DNA of 64,000 bases from an uncultured delta proteobacterium (GTDB lineage: Bacteria > Desulfobacterota > Binatia > UBA9968): positions 1,408,001-1,472,000 of the forward strand of contig CAVUVW010000013.1 in NCBI GenBank assembly GCA_963745035.1, written 5' to 3'. Position numbers and translations under genes: made by a program. Each line of letters begins with the position of its first letter. Position 1 is the first letter of the stretch. Positions 44,249-55,176 of this stretch are shown here, one piece after another. The notes below the pieces were generated by a model, which saw only the letters and a list, made by a program, of their open reading frames with translations, had not been told where the DNA came from and made no database searches.

Positions 44249-44543
44249 GCGTTTCGAAGATCTCGCCCGACGCAAGCAAGCGCTCATCGCGCGAGCAGCG
44301 TACGAGCGCGCCGAGCTTGGCATTGCCTACGAAAACCTGTGCTCGTCTCTCAATATCAACCAAGTTTTGTTTGGCATCGGCCACACTTTAAAGGCTCACC
44401 CGCTAATCACTGCCGGGATTTCGAGCGTTCTCGTGAGCGGGATGGCGGGAAAACTGCTCCGCGGCGCCGGCCAAGCCGTGGCGCTTTCACGATTGGCGCT
44501 GCCGCTTTGGTCCTGGTTGAAAAGCCGGCGGGGATCTTCTTAG
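44238..44543 (+). CDS. YqjK-like protein
   Basis: LARRKQALIARAAYERAEL; third position in the yqjDEK arrangement. Confidence 0.65.
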   Translation: MNSKRFEDLARRKQALIARAAYERAELGIAYENLCSSLNINQVLFGIGHTLKAHPLITAGISSVLVSGMAGKLLRGAGQAVALSRLALPLWSWLKSRRGSS

Positions 44544-44546
44544 ACG

Positions 44547-44583
44547 TTGAACATTTTTGAACGGCTTGAACGGTTTGAACGGC
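44547..44583. repeat. Tandem 9-10 bp TTGAAC(GG) units x4
   Basis: TTGAACATTT TTGAACGGC TTGAACGGT TTGAACGGC between convergent genes. Confidence 0.82.
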
Positions 44584-44596
44584 ATCTATTCAGAAA

Positions 44597-46273
44597 TCAT
44601 TCCGTCCGCGCCCTTTCGACTTTTCTCGGGTCCGCCGCGCCGTCCATCCGCCTGCCCTCCCAAGTAATGGCCTGCACCACTCCGAGGGAAGTCTGCTCTC
44701 TCAGCATATGACCGCGCTGTTGTAGCGCCGTCTTCGCCTCCGCCGTGATTCCCGGCTCGACATTCAACCGGTCCGGCAGCCATTGATGATGGACGCGCGG
44801 CGACGAAACCGCCGGTGCGACGGGCATGCCGAAATCGAGAATATTCAAAATGGATTGCAAGGTCGCCGTAATAATACGCGGCCCGCCTGCCGCGCCGATC
44901 ACCACCTCCGGGCGGTTTCCTCGCAAAATAATGGTCGGCGACATGCTGCTGAGCGGCCGCTTCCCGGGCTTGAGCGAATTCGCCTCGTTGCCGAAAAGCC
45001 CGTAGACATTCCCCGTTTCAGGATGGATCGCGAAGTCGTCCATCTCGTTGTTGAGCACGATGCCGGCGCGGCGCACAAGGAGCTTGGAACCGAAGCGCGT
45101 GTTGACCGATTGGGTGCAGGCCACGGCATTGCCAAAGCGGTCGATCACGCTGAAATGAGTCGTGCCGCCTTTTTCGGCGTTGAAATTGTGGTAACCGTAG
45201 TACGCCGGCGGCTGGGTTTTGTCCATCACGATGCGCTTGCGAATCCATGCGGCATAATTTTTTCCGGTCAACTTGCCAACCGGCACGTGAACAAAATCAG
45301 GATCGCCAAGAAACTGGGCGCGGTCGGCAAAGGCGTGCTTCATCGCTTCGCTCAGGAGATGCAGATACGCAGGCGAGTTGTGCTGCAAATCTTCAAGCTT
45401 GTAAGCTTCGAGAGTGTTGAGCATTTGGAGAATCGCCACGCCGCCCGAGCTCGGCGGCGGCATGGCGATCACCTTGCGGTCTCGATACGTGCCGATCAGC
45501 GGCTCGCGCCATACGGGCCGGTAATTTTTAAGATCGTCGAGGGTCATCACCCCGCCGGCTTTTTTGATTGTTGCGACGATTGTTTGACCGATCCAGCCAC
45601 GGTAGAAAACCGCCGCGCCCTCCTTGGCGATCGCCGTGAGCGTTTCCGCCAACTCCGACTGCCGGATCAAATCGCCATCTTTGGGCATCTCGCCGTTGGG
45701 CATGTAGATCCGGCCGAGGTCCGGAAACTTTTTCATGTTCTCGCGATGGCGCTCGATGGCGACGCGTAATGCCGGATCGAGAGGAAATCCCCCATCGGCG
45801 AGTTTGATCGCCGGCGCGGCCAACGTGGACAGCGGCAAGCTACCGAAGCGCCTGCGCGCTTCGATCAGGCCAGCGGCTTCTCCGGGCACCGCGACGGCGA
45901 GCGCGCCCGTGAGGCTGGCGGACGGCACCGCCTGGCCGTCTTTCATGTAGAGCTCGCGCCGCGCAGCCGCCGGCGCGGTTTCGCGGAAATCGAGCGCAAA
46001 AGCTTTTTTCTCCTTGGCAATATAGATCACCATAAAACCGCCGCCGCCGAGACCCGAGGATGCTTGATCGACGACGGAAAGCGCTAAGGCGGTGGCAACT
46101 GCGGCATCCACTGCGTTGCCGCCGCGCTTGAGAATTTCCATCCCGGCGGCGCTCGCAAGCTCGCTGTCCGCGACGACCAAGCCCGCCTGTGACTGGATCG
46201 TGCGCCCGCCGGCGTCGCTCTGAAGAAATGTGAGAACTAAAAGGAACGAGAGAAGTATTCGAAGTCGCATCAT
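44597..46273 (-). CDS. ggt: Gamma-glutamyltransferase
   Basis: GGNAVDAA, GLGGGGF, DFRETAP, PPPSSGG, TTHFS nucleophile, NNEMDDF, RPLSSMSP. Confidence 0.96.
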   Translation of the reverse strand: MMRLRILLSFLLVLTFLQSDAGGRTIQSQAGLVVADSELASAAGMEILKRGGNAVDAAVATALALSVVDQASSGLGGGGFMVIYIAKEKKAFALDFRETAPAAARRELYMKDGQAVPSASLTGALAVAVPGEAAGLIEARRRFGSLPLSTLAAPAIKLADGGFPLDPALRVAIERHRENMKKFPDLGRIYMPNGEMPKDGDLIRQSELAETLTAIAKEGAAVFYRGWIGQTIVATIKKAGGVMTLDDLKNYRPVWREPLIGTYRDRKVIAMPPPSSGGVAILQMLNTLEAYKLEDLQHNSPAYLHLLSEAMKHAFADRAQFLGDPDFVHVPVGKLTGKNYAAWIRKRIVMDKTQPPAYYGYHNFNAEKGGTTHFSVIDRFGNAVACTQSVNTRFGSKLLVRRAGIVLNNEMDDFAIHPETGNVYGLFGNEANSLKPGKRPLSSMSPTIILRGNRPEVVIGAAGGPRIITATLQSILNILDFGMPVAPAVSSPRVHHQWLPDRLNVEPGITAEAKTALQQRGHMLREQTSLGVVQAITWEGRRMDGAADPRKVERARTE

Positions 46274-46447
46274 CGGCGGTAGGCAGTCCGTTTTGGTTTA
46301 ATGCTTTGCACCCGGATTTGCAACTTGAGTTGAGCGGCGCACGACCTATCGACCTGCAAAGGCAACCAGCGTCATTTCTCTTGCGCTTGCCGAACGGTTA
46401 TTTCATATTGTCGTCTACTCTCTCCGTGTGCCGGCCGACAGTTTATC

Positions 46448-49400
46448 ATGCAAACGATTTTAGGACCCTTTCATCCCGATCTGGAAAACGCTTTCGTCGA
46501 CGAAATCTTAAAATACAAGAACGCCGACTTGCTTTGCCCGCTCTTGGTGATTACACCCTCCGACTTGCTGCGCCGGCGCCTGAAAATTCTCTTGAGCCGG
46601 GAGCGGCGTCTGTCGCTGCTCAACGTTCAGCTCTTGACCTTCTACCAGCTCGCCCTCAAGCTCCAGGAAGAAAACAGCCGCGCGCCGCTCAAGCTCCGGA
46701 GCGATCTTTTTCTCGAAGAAGCGCTGCGCCAAATCATTCGGCAGCGCCAACCCGGCGCCGAGCCTTTCGCCGGCATCGAGGAGCGCGCCGGCGGCTGCGC
46801 CGCGCTGTGGCAAACCCTGCGCGATCTGCGCGACGGACTGGTCGATGCCAACGTCGCGCTCGAAGCCCTCACCGAAGGCCATTTCAGCCGGCGCGCCAGC
46901 GAGCGTACGTCGGAGTTGTTGGTCTTGCTGCGCGCGTTCCAACAGTTTTGCCGCCGACAAAACATCGCCGATCAATCCGATCTCAACCGCCGTGCCATCG
47001 AGCAAGCCCCGGCGTCGAGTTTTTTGAAGCAGTTCAGCCGGGTTTTTTATTACGGCTTTTACGACCTGACGCAGATCCAGTTGGATTTTTTTCACACCGT
47101 CGCGCGCCACTATCCCGCTACCTTGTTTTTTCCTCTCCTGACCGCCCAGCCAAAACACGACGCCTGGAGCTTCGCGGAACGCTTCTACGAGCGCTACATC
47201 CAGGGGCACAACAGCGAAGCGGCGCAAGCGCCGGCGCCGAAAACTGCCCTGCCCGCGGCGGCGCGCCTCTTCGACGAGGTCAAAGCCCGCAACTACTCGG
47301 ACTTTCCAAAGCACTGGCAATGTCGGATCACGAGCGCGTTTGGCGCCAAAGATGAAGTCGCCGTGGCGGCCAAGGAAATTCTCCGGCTCACCGAGGCCGG
47401 CGAAATACCTTTTCATGAGATCGGCGTCGTTGCCCGGAGTCTCGATTCCTACGGGCCGGCCATCCAAGACATTTTTCATCAGCACCGCATCCCGCTTGCC
47501 GGTGCTCTCGAGGAACCGCTGACGCAAGCGCCGCTGACGAAAGCGGTCATCTTGCTCTTGAATCTGCCGGCCAAAGACTTTCTGCGCAGCCAGGTGATCG
47601 ATCTGCTCTCTTCGCCCTATTTTCGATTTCAAAATATCGCTGAAAATCGGTCTTTGATCCGTCCCGATCTCTGGGATCTCGCCACCCGCGAGCTCGCCAT
47701 TTGCAAGGGCGTGGCCGAGTGGCGCCGGCTGCGCCGCTACAGCCGTCGTGACTTGGAGCTGCGGCGAATATCCGATGATGATGAGCCGCGCAAAATCCGT
47801 GTTCTTTCGGCGCAGATGATCTCGCTCGCGAATATTGTCGATATGCTGATCGCCGACCTGCTGCGCTTGCCGGAGCAAGCTTCATGGCAGGAATACGCGG
47901 CGGCCTGGAAGGTCTTGCTGGAGAAATATCTTGGCATTGCCGATGTCGAAACGTCGGCGCCGGGCATGAATTCGGAGCCCCACAAAACGATTCTCGATAT
48001 CCTGGACCAGCTCACCGGTCTCGATAGCGTCGATAACCGCGTCGCGCTCGGCGATTTTGCCCACACTTTTCAGCACTGGCTCGAACGCTCCAGCGTCGCC
48101 GCAGATCGGCGCAACATCGACGGCGTCATGGTGCTCAATGCCGCCGCGGCGCGTGGGCTGCCGTTCCGCGCGCTCTTTGTGCTCGGCATGAACGAAGGCG
48201 TTTTTCCGCGCACGATTCGCGAAGACGCCTTCCTGCGCGATCGCGACCGGGAAGTGCTCGAGCGCGATCTCGGCTACAAGGTGAGCCCGAAACTCACCGC
48301 CTTCGACGAAGAGAAATTGCTGTTCACCCTGCTCGCCGGTGCTGCGCGCGAGCGGCTCTATTGCTCGTTTCAAAGAGCGGACGAGAGCGGCAGAGCGCTG
48401 GCACCGTCCTGGTACATCGGCGAGCTCAAGCGCGCCCTCGACGATAGTGGCGGCCGATACGAAACGGTAGATATCCCGCGCAGCATCACTGAGAAAGCCG
48501 CCACCGCGCCATTCGACCGGCAAGATTTATTACTGCCGCAAGAACTGGCGATTCGCCTGACGCTCGAAGGACGCGATCCCACCGCGCTGGTCGAAGCCGC
48601 GGCTTTACTGCCGGCGCTTTACAAACAAGGACGCCAAGCCGCCGCCGCAATCGACCAAAGCGGCGACCGTCTCCTTGCGTACGACGGCGCGCTCGCCGGC
48701 TTCGACGATTACTGGAAACACTTTTCCGAGCGCGGCTTGTCACCGACCGCGCTCGAAACCTACGCCCGCTGCCCGTTTCAATTTTTCGCGCGCCACGTGC
48801 TCGGCTTGGCCCCGCTGGATCGTCCCGAAGAGGTTCTCGGACCGAGCCCCGCGGAGTTCGGCGAGTTGGGACATAAAATCTTGAACTCGTTTTACCATGC
48901 TCTGATCGACGGCGGCTACTTCGCGGGTAAAACGGCAAAAGTGGATGTGGAGTCCACGTTGCAGGGCGTTGCAGCCCAGGCCTTCGCCGACTATGAAGAA
49001 AATCATCCGATCGGTTACCCGCTCGCCTGGGAAAGCCTCAAAGAGAGTATCCTCCAACTACTGCGTCAAGTGATCGCCCAGGATGTGGCCGAGCTTGCGA
49101 ACTCCGGGTTTGCTCCCGTGAGTTTGGAAACTTCTGTGACTGCCCGTCTGCCGGCCGACTGGCCGGAGCCGCTGAAAAGCTTGGCGATCCGCGGCCGCAT
49201 GGATCGCATCGACCGTAAAGACGACGCTCTGCGGGTGATCGATTATAAGTTCAAGTTTGGCGCAAGCCCGGCGACCCAAGACAAGAACCTTGTGCGCGCC
49301 GCGCTGCGCGGCGAGCGCTTGCAGCCGCCGTTCTACTACTTGCTCGCGCAACGCTGGGCCGAGGAGCAACTCCTCAATCCATTACCGGCCGTCATCGAAG

Positions 49401-49714
49401 CGGATTTTTACTTCATCGCGCAGCGCTGGTCCGGCGGTCCGCTGGCCTCGGCAACCTACGACAGCAAAGGACTCGCCGGCAAAGCCGGCGCCGAAACCAA
49501 GCAAACCATCGCCTATCTCGCGGACGGCGTGCGCCGGGGGCGCTTCTTTATCAATCGCGGCGAGTACTGCGGCCATTGCGACGCGGCGCCGATCTGCCGG
49601 AAAAACCACCCGCCAAGCCTGTGGCGCGTTGACAGCGACCCGGTGACCGAGCCTCATCGCGCCTTGCGCAAAAAAGATCATGAAGACGATGACGACGAGC
49701 CAGACTCCGAATAA
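46448..49714 (+). CDS. addB: AddB-like helicase/nuclease subunit with PD-(D/E)XK domain and Fe-S cysteines
   Basis: ARGLPFRALFVLGMNEGVFP; LSPTALETYARCPF; GRMDRID...VIDYK; CGHCDAAPIC. Confidence 0.85.
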   Translation: MQTILGPFHPDLENAFVDEILKYKNADLLCPLLVITPSDLLRRRLKILLSRERRLSLLNVQLLTFYQLALKLQEENSRAPLKLRSDLFLEEALRQIIRQRQPGAEPFAGIEERAGGCAALWQTLRDLRDGLVDANVALEALTEGHFSRRASERTSELLVLLRAFQQFCRRQNIADQSDLNRRAIEQAPASSFLKQFSRVFYYGFYDLTQIQLDFFHTVARHYPATLFFPLLTAQPKHDAWSFAERFYERYIQGHNSEAAQAPAPKTALPAAARLFDEVKARNYSDFPKHWQCRITSAFGAKDEVAVAAKEILRLTEAGEIPFHEIGVVARSLDSYGPAIQDIFHQHRIPLAGALEEPLTQAPLTKAVILLLNLPAKDFLRSQVIDLLSSPYFRFQNIAENRSLIRPDLWDLATRELAICKGVAEWRRLRRYSRRDLELRRISDDDEPRKIRVLSAQMISLANIVDMLIADLLRLPEQASWQEYAAAWKVLLEKYLGIADVETSAPGMNSEPHKTILDILDQLTGLDSVDNRVALGDFAHTFQHWLERSSVAADRRNIDGVMVLNAAAARGLPFRALFVLGMNEGVFPRTIREDAFLRDRDREVLERDLGYKVSPKLTAFDEEKLLFTLLAGAARERLYCSFQRADESGRALAPSWYIGELKRALDDSGGRYETVDIPRSITEKAATAPFDRQDLLLPQELAIRLTLEGRDPTALVEAAALLPALYKQGRQAAAAIDQSGDRLLAYDGALAGFDDYWKHFSERGLSPTALETYARCPFQFFARHVLGLAPLDRPEEVLGPSPAEFGELGHKILNSFYHALIDGGYFAGKTAKVDVESTLQGVAAQAFADYEENHPIGYPLAWESLKESILQLLRQVIAQDVAELANSGFAPVSLETSVTARLPADWPEPLKSLAIRGRMDRIDRKDDALRVIDYKFKFGASPATQDKNLVRAALRGERLQPPFYYLLAQRWAEEQLLNPLPAVIEADFYFIAQRWSGGPLASATYDSKGLAGKAGAETKQTIAYLADGVRRGRFFINRGEYCGHCDAAPICRKNHPPSLWRVDSDPVTEPHRALRKKDHEDDDDEPDSE

Positions 49715-52700
49715 GCTTGGCGATGCCGGCGATCGCCAAATCGCCGTCGCCACCTTCGACCGCAATCTCGTGGTTACAGCGGGTGCAGGCACCGGCAAGA
49801 CCACGCTGTTGATCGATCGTTTGATTCACTTGCTGCTGCGCAATCCCGAGCCGCTGAAGATTACCGAGATCGTCGCCCTGACCTTCACCAACAAAGCCGC
49901 CGATGAAATGAAGCTCAGGCTGCGCCAACGCCTGCAGGCTTTCCTCGATATCCGGCTCGACCGCGAGCCCGCCGGCGATGCCGAGGAGAAAATCAAACTC
50001 GAGGTGGAGGCGCTGATCACGCTCTATCAACTTTCCAAAGACGAATTGGACGGCCGCATCCATGACGCGCTCCGAAACGTGGAACGGAGCGATATCGGCA
50101 CGATCCACAGCTTCGCCGCCAGCCTGCTCCGCCTTTACCCGCTCGAAGCGGGCGTCGATCCGCAGTTTCACGAGGACGACGGCGCGGCCTTCGATCGGCT
50201 TTTCGATGATCATTGGGATCTCTGGATGGATCAGGAACTTTCTTTGCGCAGCCCGCACGCAGAGGACTGGCAGAAAATTCTCCCGCGCTGCCGCCTCGAT
50301 CACATCAAAGCTCTGGCTAAATCGATTGCGGCGGAACACATCGATCTTGGCAGCAATCCCAATGGATCGAACGGCGTCCCCGCCATCCTGCGCGAGTGGC
50401 TGGCCAAGCTCGATGCCAAAGCCGCCGCGCTCATCGAGCGCCATCCCGAGGACCGGCTAAACGAGAAACTCATCCGCGCCGCCCGTAATGTGATCGGCGA
50501 GTTTGGAAAACCCGGGCAGCAACTCAATCCAGCGGCGCAAGAATGCGTTTTCTTATCCGAGAAGGCGATCAGTCGAAGTACCCAAGGCTGGTCGCACGAA
50601 GACGCCACTCTGGCTCAAGAGCTCGTTCGCGCCGCCAGGGGGCTTGTTCGTGTCGACGACGAACTCACTGCCATGCTCCGGCGCTTGCTGCTCCCCTACG
50701 CCGACGATTTTCGCGAGCGCTTCATCCGCGAAGGTCATTTATCTTTTGACGGCCTGCTCGTGCGCGCACGCGATCTCGTACGCGACCAGGCGCGCGTGCG
50801 CGCCGACCTCAAGCGGCGCTACCGCGCGATTCTGATCGACGAGTTTCAGGATACAGATCCGATCCAGTATGAGATTCTCCTCTACCTGGCCGAACAAGCC
50901 GGCCAGGCGGCGAAGGATTGGCGCCGGGTAAAAGTCGCTCCTGGAAAACTCTTTGTGGTCGGCGACCCGAAGCAATCGATCTACGCTTTTCGCCGCGCCG
51001 ACATCGAAGCCTACCTCGAAGTCGTCGAAAAGATCATCAAGGCGCAGAACGGCCTCGAATGCCGGCTCACCACCAACTTTCGCAGCAATGCGGCGATCCT
51101 CGACGGGGTGAACGGCGCGTTTGAAAATCTCATCCAAGCGCAACACGGTATGCAGCCGCCCTATATCGCCATCCATCCCGCGCCCGGTCGAGCCGCCGCG
51201 CCGAGCGACTTTCCCAACCTGGTGGTGCGAAAGATCATTGCGGAGAAGGAGATCAATGCCGAAACCGCGCGCCGTCTTGAAGGCGAGAGCCTGGCGCGCT
51301 GGCTCAGGGAGCAGATCTTAGGCAAGCTCACGATTCTGAACGCGCGCGGCGAAGCGGTGTACGCTCAAGCGAAAGATGTGGCCATTCTGCTGCGCAAGCT
51401 TACCGACATCCACGATTATCTGGAGCCCCTGCGACGGCAGGGAATTCGTTACGTCGTCGAAGGCGAACGGCACTTTTATGCAGCCAAGGAAATCATCGAT
51501 GCTGTCAATTTGCTGCGCGCGGTGGAAAATCCCCACGACCGTCTGGCCCTGGTCGGCGTGCTGCGCTCGCCGCTCGGCGCCCTCACCGACCAGCAAATTT
51601 ATGAGCTGCACCGGCAAAACCTGCTCGATTATCGCGCTGGAGAAAAATTCAGCGGCGGCGATTTCCCCGCGACCCTCGTCCAGCTTTACGATGCGCTCGC
51701 CCGCTTGCACGAAGAGACCCGCACGTTACCCATCGGCGCCGCGGTCGCCCATGTCTTCGCCACCTTGCCGGTGGAGTTGCTGGCGGCTTGCTATTTTCAC
51801 GGCGAGCAGGCGGTGGCCAATCTGCAAAAGCTCGCACGACAGGCCGAGCTCCTCGGCCGTGAAGGATTGACCACCCTCAAAGAAGCGATTCGCCAACTCG
51901 AAAAGCGTGTGCTCGACGTCAAGGATGAAGGCGAGAGCGTGCTCGCCGAAGAGAACCTCGACGCCGTGCGCATCATGAGCATACACAAAGCCAAAGGCCT
52001 GGAGTTTCCGATCGTCATTTTGGCCGGCTGCCAGAGCGGCATCGAAGGCGCGCGCAACGCCGATGCCGAAGCGATGTTCGATTGGTCGACAGGCCTCACG
52101 GGTCTGCGCATCGGGACGATTACGGATCTCGCCGGGCTTTACATCGCGGAGAAATCCCGGCTCCGAAGCGCCGAGGAACAAAAGCGCCTGCTCTACGTCG
52201 CGATGACGAGGGCGAGAGAAAATCTGATCATCTCCTGCGCGCCGGGCAGCCGGCGCGCAAACGGCAGTTTCCTCTCCATGCTCGACGGCACGCTCGACGA
52301 TCGCATCAGCGCCGCCGAATCATCGCAGATCATTTCCCTCGGCCGCGGCACCATAGCCGTCGAAGTCGTGAGCGAGAACTTGACCGCGCCGCGCGGCGCT
52401 CGAGCCAAAACCGCCGGCGCGAAGCAAAAACACGATTGGCAGCCGTTTATCGACACCTGGGCGCGCCGCGCCGCGGCCTATGAGAAAGCGCGGCAATCGG
52501 CGCCGTTTCTCACGCCGACCCAACTCAAACGGCAAGAAGAAGCATTGACCGAAGCCGGCGACCAGATGATCAAGGAACCCTACCGCCAAAGCCCGGCGCT
52601 CGTCGTCGGCGATCTGGCGCACCGGTTTCTACAAAGCTGGGACTTTGGCGCCGATCGAAAAGCTTTCGAGCGCCCGCTTCTTGATTTGATCACGCCAGGC

Positions 52701-53109
52701 GCTGCCGGCGGAATTCGCCGCATCCCGCCGGGAAATTGAAGCAGACCTTCAAGATATTTTTCGCGCTTTCTTTCGCTCGAAGACGTACACCGACATCGCG
52801 CAGTCGGAGATCCTCGGCCGCGAAGTGCCGCTTGTCATGCCCTGGAACGGCCAGGTCATGGAAGGCGTAATCGATCTGATCTACCAGCGAAACGGCTTGC
52901 TTTATCTCGCCGACTATAAGACTGATCGAATCGAAAAAAAGCGTTTGAGCGAAACCGCCGCTCGTTATCACCGACAAGCGGAGATCTATTCACAAGCCGC
53001 GCGCCAGAGTCTTGGACGAGAGCCGGCCGGCTTCAAGATTATTTTTCTCCGTCTCGGCGAAAGCGTTGAGATCGGCGCAGGAAAAAATCAGCAATTGGCG
53101 CTGCTTTGA
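49689..53109 (+). CDS. addA: AddA-like UvrD helicase-nuclease, frameshift near 52695
   Basis: AGAGTGKT, TFTNKAA, DEFQD, VGDPKQSIY, SIHKAKGLEF, YVAMTRA; after the shift REVP..EGVIDL..ADYKTD. Confidence 0.9.
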
Positions 53110-53117
53110 GGAGTATC

Positions 53118-53723
53118 ATGCGAATCTGTTTTTTTGATATCGAAACCGTTCCCACCGACCGCTCTCTACAAGAAAACGGCTTGCTCGAGCCGCAAATCCA
53201 GCTCAACGAAGCTGATCTCATCAAAAAACTCAGCCTCTCCGCCGCCACGGCGAAGATTCTTTGCATCGGTTACGCCATCGAGCCGCCGGTGGATTCTGAA
53301 GTCCAAGTGTTGGAGGGCGAAGAAACCGAGATTATCAAAAGCTTTTGGCAACTGGCCGCCGACTGCGAGCTCTTCGTCGGCCACAATATTTTGGATTTCG
53401 ACTTGCGCTTCATCTACCAGCGCTCGGTCATTCATCAGATCAAGCCCTCGCGCGACCTCCCGTTTGCGCGTTTTCGCAACGCGCCGATCTTCGACACCAT
53501 GCAGGAATGGAGCAAGTGGGGTCGCGAGCACGCGAGTCTCGATCTGCTGTCGAAAACTTTCGGTCTACCCTCGCCGAAAGAGAGCCTCGACGGCTCAAAG
53601 GTCTATCCCTATTACCGTACGGGAAAATTCGCCGAGATCGCCAACTACTGCAAGTGCGACGTCGATTCGGTGCGTCAAGTTTATCGCTGGCTTACGTTTA
53701 CGAAAATGCCGGGGCCGGCTTAG
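53118..53723 (+). CDS. Stand-alone DEDD 3'-5' exonuclease (RNase H-like, PolB-type)
   Basis: FFDIET (Exo I), GHNILDFD (Exo II), YCKCDV (Exo III). Confidence 0.85.
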   Translation: MRICFFDIETVPTDRSLQENGLLEPQIQLNEADLIKKLSLSAATAKILCIGYAIEPPVDSEVQVLEGEETEIIKSFWQLAADCELFVGHNILDFDLRFIYQRSVIHQIKPSRDLPFARFRNAPIFDTMQEWSKWGREHASLDLLSKTFGLPSPKESLDGSKVYPYYRTGKFAEIANYCKCDVDSVRQVYRWLTFTKMPGPA

Positions 53724-53768
53724 AAATACTTTCACGCGAGACATTTGTCTCCTCGCTCGATCTCACGT

Positions 53769-53797
53769 TTGACTCCCCGTTCGCCAATCTATAATAA
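53769..53797 (+). promoter_or_regulatory. Probable sigma70 promoter for cupin-eutA
   Basis: TTGACT at 53769 and TATAATAAT at 53790; spacing to TATAAT is 15 bp, so the register is uncertain. Confidence 0.45.
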
Positions 53798-53881
53798 TTG
53801 ATGCAATCCGCTGGGCTTGAGCATTACGGCGTCACGCCGCATCGTAGATTCCAAAAAGATCGAGGAGGACAAGGAGACATT

Positions 53882-55078
53882 ATGGATCATCCTGCTGAGC
53901 AAAATTTCAAGGAACCGACAGACAAAAAGACCCGGGCCGGCTATGGAAAATTCCTTCGCCCCAACACGCCCTATGACAACTTCATGGAGGCCCAGGGCAT
54001 TCCGATTTATCGCGACATCGGTGTGCGCCGGGTGCAGGATCTGCCACGCAAACCGTGGAAGCGCATGGGCGGCAGCGGCACGTTCATCCAGTTGCTTGGC
54101 ACCGAAGGCCTCTGGGGTTCCTACGTCGTCGAAGTTCCCGGCGCCGGCGCGCTCAATCCCGAAAAGCATCTCTACGAAGAGCAGTATCTCGTCGTCGACG
54201 GCCGCGGTACGACCGAGGTTTGGGTTGACGGCAATCCCAAGAAGGTCACATTCGAGTGGCAGAAAGGTTCGATCTTCGCCATTCCGATGAATGCTACCCA
54301 TCGCATCGTCAATGCGACGTCCAGCCCGGCGCTCTTGCTCGCCGGGACGACGGCGCCCAACGTGATGAACAACTTTGACCACGAAGAATTTATCTTCAAT
54401 TGCCCTTATCATTTCAAAAATCGTTTCGATCCCAGCGACGACTACTACAAGTACAAAGAAGAAGTGACGCCGGATCCGCTTCGCGGTCTCGCCATGCGCC
54501 AGACGAATATTATTCCCGACGTCATGTCCTGCGAGTTGCCCATGGATAACCGCCGCTCGCCGGGTTATCGCCGCATCGAACCGCACATGGCGGGACAGCA
54601 ATTCTACATGTGGATCGGCCAGCACGAGACAGGCCGTTACTCGAAGGCGCACGCGCACGGTTCCGCTGCGGTGCTGATTTGCTTGAGCGGCAAAGGCTAC
54701 ACCTACACCTGGCCGTCAGAATTGGGTACTCACCCTTGGGAAAAAGGCACGACGGAACAAATCAGACGCCAGGACTACGAACCGGTGGGGATGGTCAGCG
54801 CGGCACCGATGAGCGGCAACTGGTTCCACGCTCATTTCGGAGCGAGCAAAGAACCGTTGCGTCTCACCGCCTGGTTCGGACCCAATGCGCCGGGACGCGA
54901 TCGGGGCAAGCCTGGTGAAAAGGGCATCGACTACGGCGCCATCGACATGAAAGACGGCGGCACAGCGATCCCGTACAACGAAGAAGATCCGTACCTGCGC
55001 AAAGAGTTCGAGGAGACGCTGGCAGCCGTCGGCGCGCAATCGCGCATGGAGCCGGAGCTCTACAAGCACTCCTACTAA
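53882..55078 (+). CDS. Bicupin protein (gentisate 1,2-dioxygenase-like fold)
   Basis: RBS AAGGAG; EKHLYEEQYLVVDGRG...PMNATH and KAHAHG..LSGKG...WFHAHF. Confidence 0.82.
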   Translation: MDHPAEQNFKEPTDKKTRAGYGKFLRPNTPYDNFMEAQGIPIYRDIGVRRVQDLPRKPWKRMGGSGTFIQLLGTEGLWGSYVVEVPGAGALNPEKHLYEEQYLVVDGRGTTEVWVDGNPKKVTFEWQKGSIFAIPMNATHRIVNATSSPALLLAGTTAPNVMNNFDHEEFIFNCPYHFKNRFDPSDDYYKYKEEVTPDPLRGLAMRQTNIIPDVMSCELPMDNRRSPGYRRIEPHMAGQQFYMWIGQHETGRYSKAHAHGSAAVLICLSGKGYTYTWPSELGTHPWEKGTTEQIRRQDYEPVGMVSAAPMSGNWFHAHFGASKEPLRLTAWFGPNAPGRDRGKPGEKGIDYGAIDMKDGGTAIPYNEEDPYLRKEFEETLAAVGAQSRMEPELYKHSY

Positions 55079-55104
55079 GAACACTGTCCAGCGTCTCGCG
55101 TCTC

Positions 55105-55132
55105 GTAGGGGCGACCGGTCGGTCGCCCCTAC
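55105..55132. repeat. GTAG-type REP palindrome
   Basis: GTAGGGGCGACC-GGTC-GGTCGCCCCTAC, a perfect 12-bp stem beginning with GTAG. Confidence 0.75.
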
Positions 55133-55176
55133 CTGTTACATGAGACGAAAACTCGAATCCCCATCAAAGGACTTTC

